DNA of 64,000 nucleotides, from the NCBI GenBank assembly GCA_903813345.2, contig CAIIXF020000001.1:2232001-2296000 (forward strand). The letters are read 5' to 3'. Within the stretch, counting starts at the first letter, position 1, and every line of letters starts with the position of its first letter. Below the pieces are notes generated by a model that had not been told where the DNA came from, did not search any database, and was given only the letters and a program-made list of their open reading frames with translations. The translations under genes and the position numbers were made by a program. The stretch is from Owenia fusiformis. Lineage: Eukaryota. Positions 63,850 through 64,000 of the stretch are shown piece by piece.

Positions 63850-64000
63850 ACCATTTATCATTTATTTCATGACCCACACATCTTGTAATGGTTATAGATA
63901 AAACATCTATTAATCCTGCTATAATTGATAGAATCACTATCAGCACTAGTAATTTTAGATACCTATTGCAGGTATTTCTGATGAGTTTTTTCTATATACA

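Overview
AT-rich, intron-rich animal DNA, most likely from a marine invertebrate (a lophotrochozoan is my guess from repeat content and gene style; not provable here). Gene order: 5' part of an RNF217-like RBR E3 ligase (-), head-to-head with a complete 18-exon prolyl endopeptidase PREP (+, 3819-22765); a convergent complete 14-exon glutamate-cysteine ligase catalytic subunit GCLC (-, 28062-55007); and the first coding exon of RAB23 (+). GCLC intron 4 hosts a nested, opposite-strand 7-exon gene for a secreted antistasin/WAP cysteine-rich protein. The most striking feature lies in PREP. The 3' splice site plus the first 54 nt of the exon carrying the catalytic serine (GGSNGG) is tandemly amplified as an 87-bp unit, giving 52 partial copies plus the true exon. 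Each partial copy is an in-frame AG...GT-bounded 18-codon cassette separated by a 33-nt spacer, with a stop codon on read-through, and its variants are mostly synonymous. Mobile DNA includes an apparently intact single-ORF LINE with a 2A-like motif, a decayed Academ-type transposon (~540-bp TIRs) containing nested Kolobok-like and Helentron-like inserts, several MITEs with clear TSDs, hairpin elements and minisatellites. All exon structures and coordinates were read by eye from GT-AG boundaries and remembered protein families; no database searches were run.
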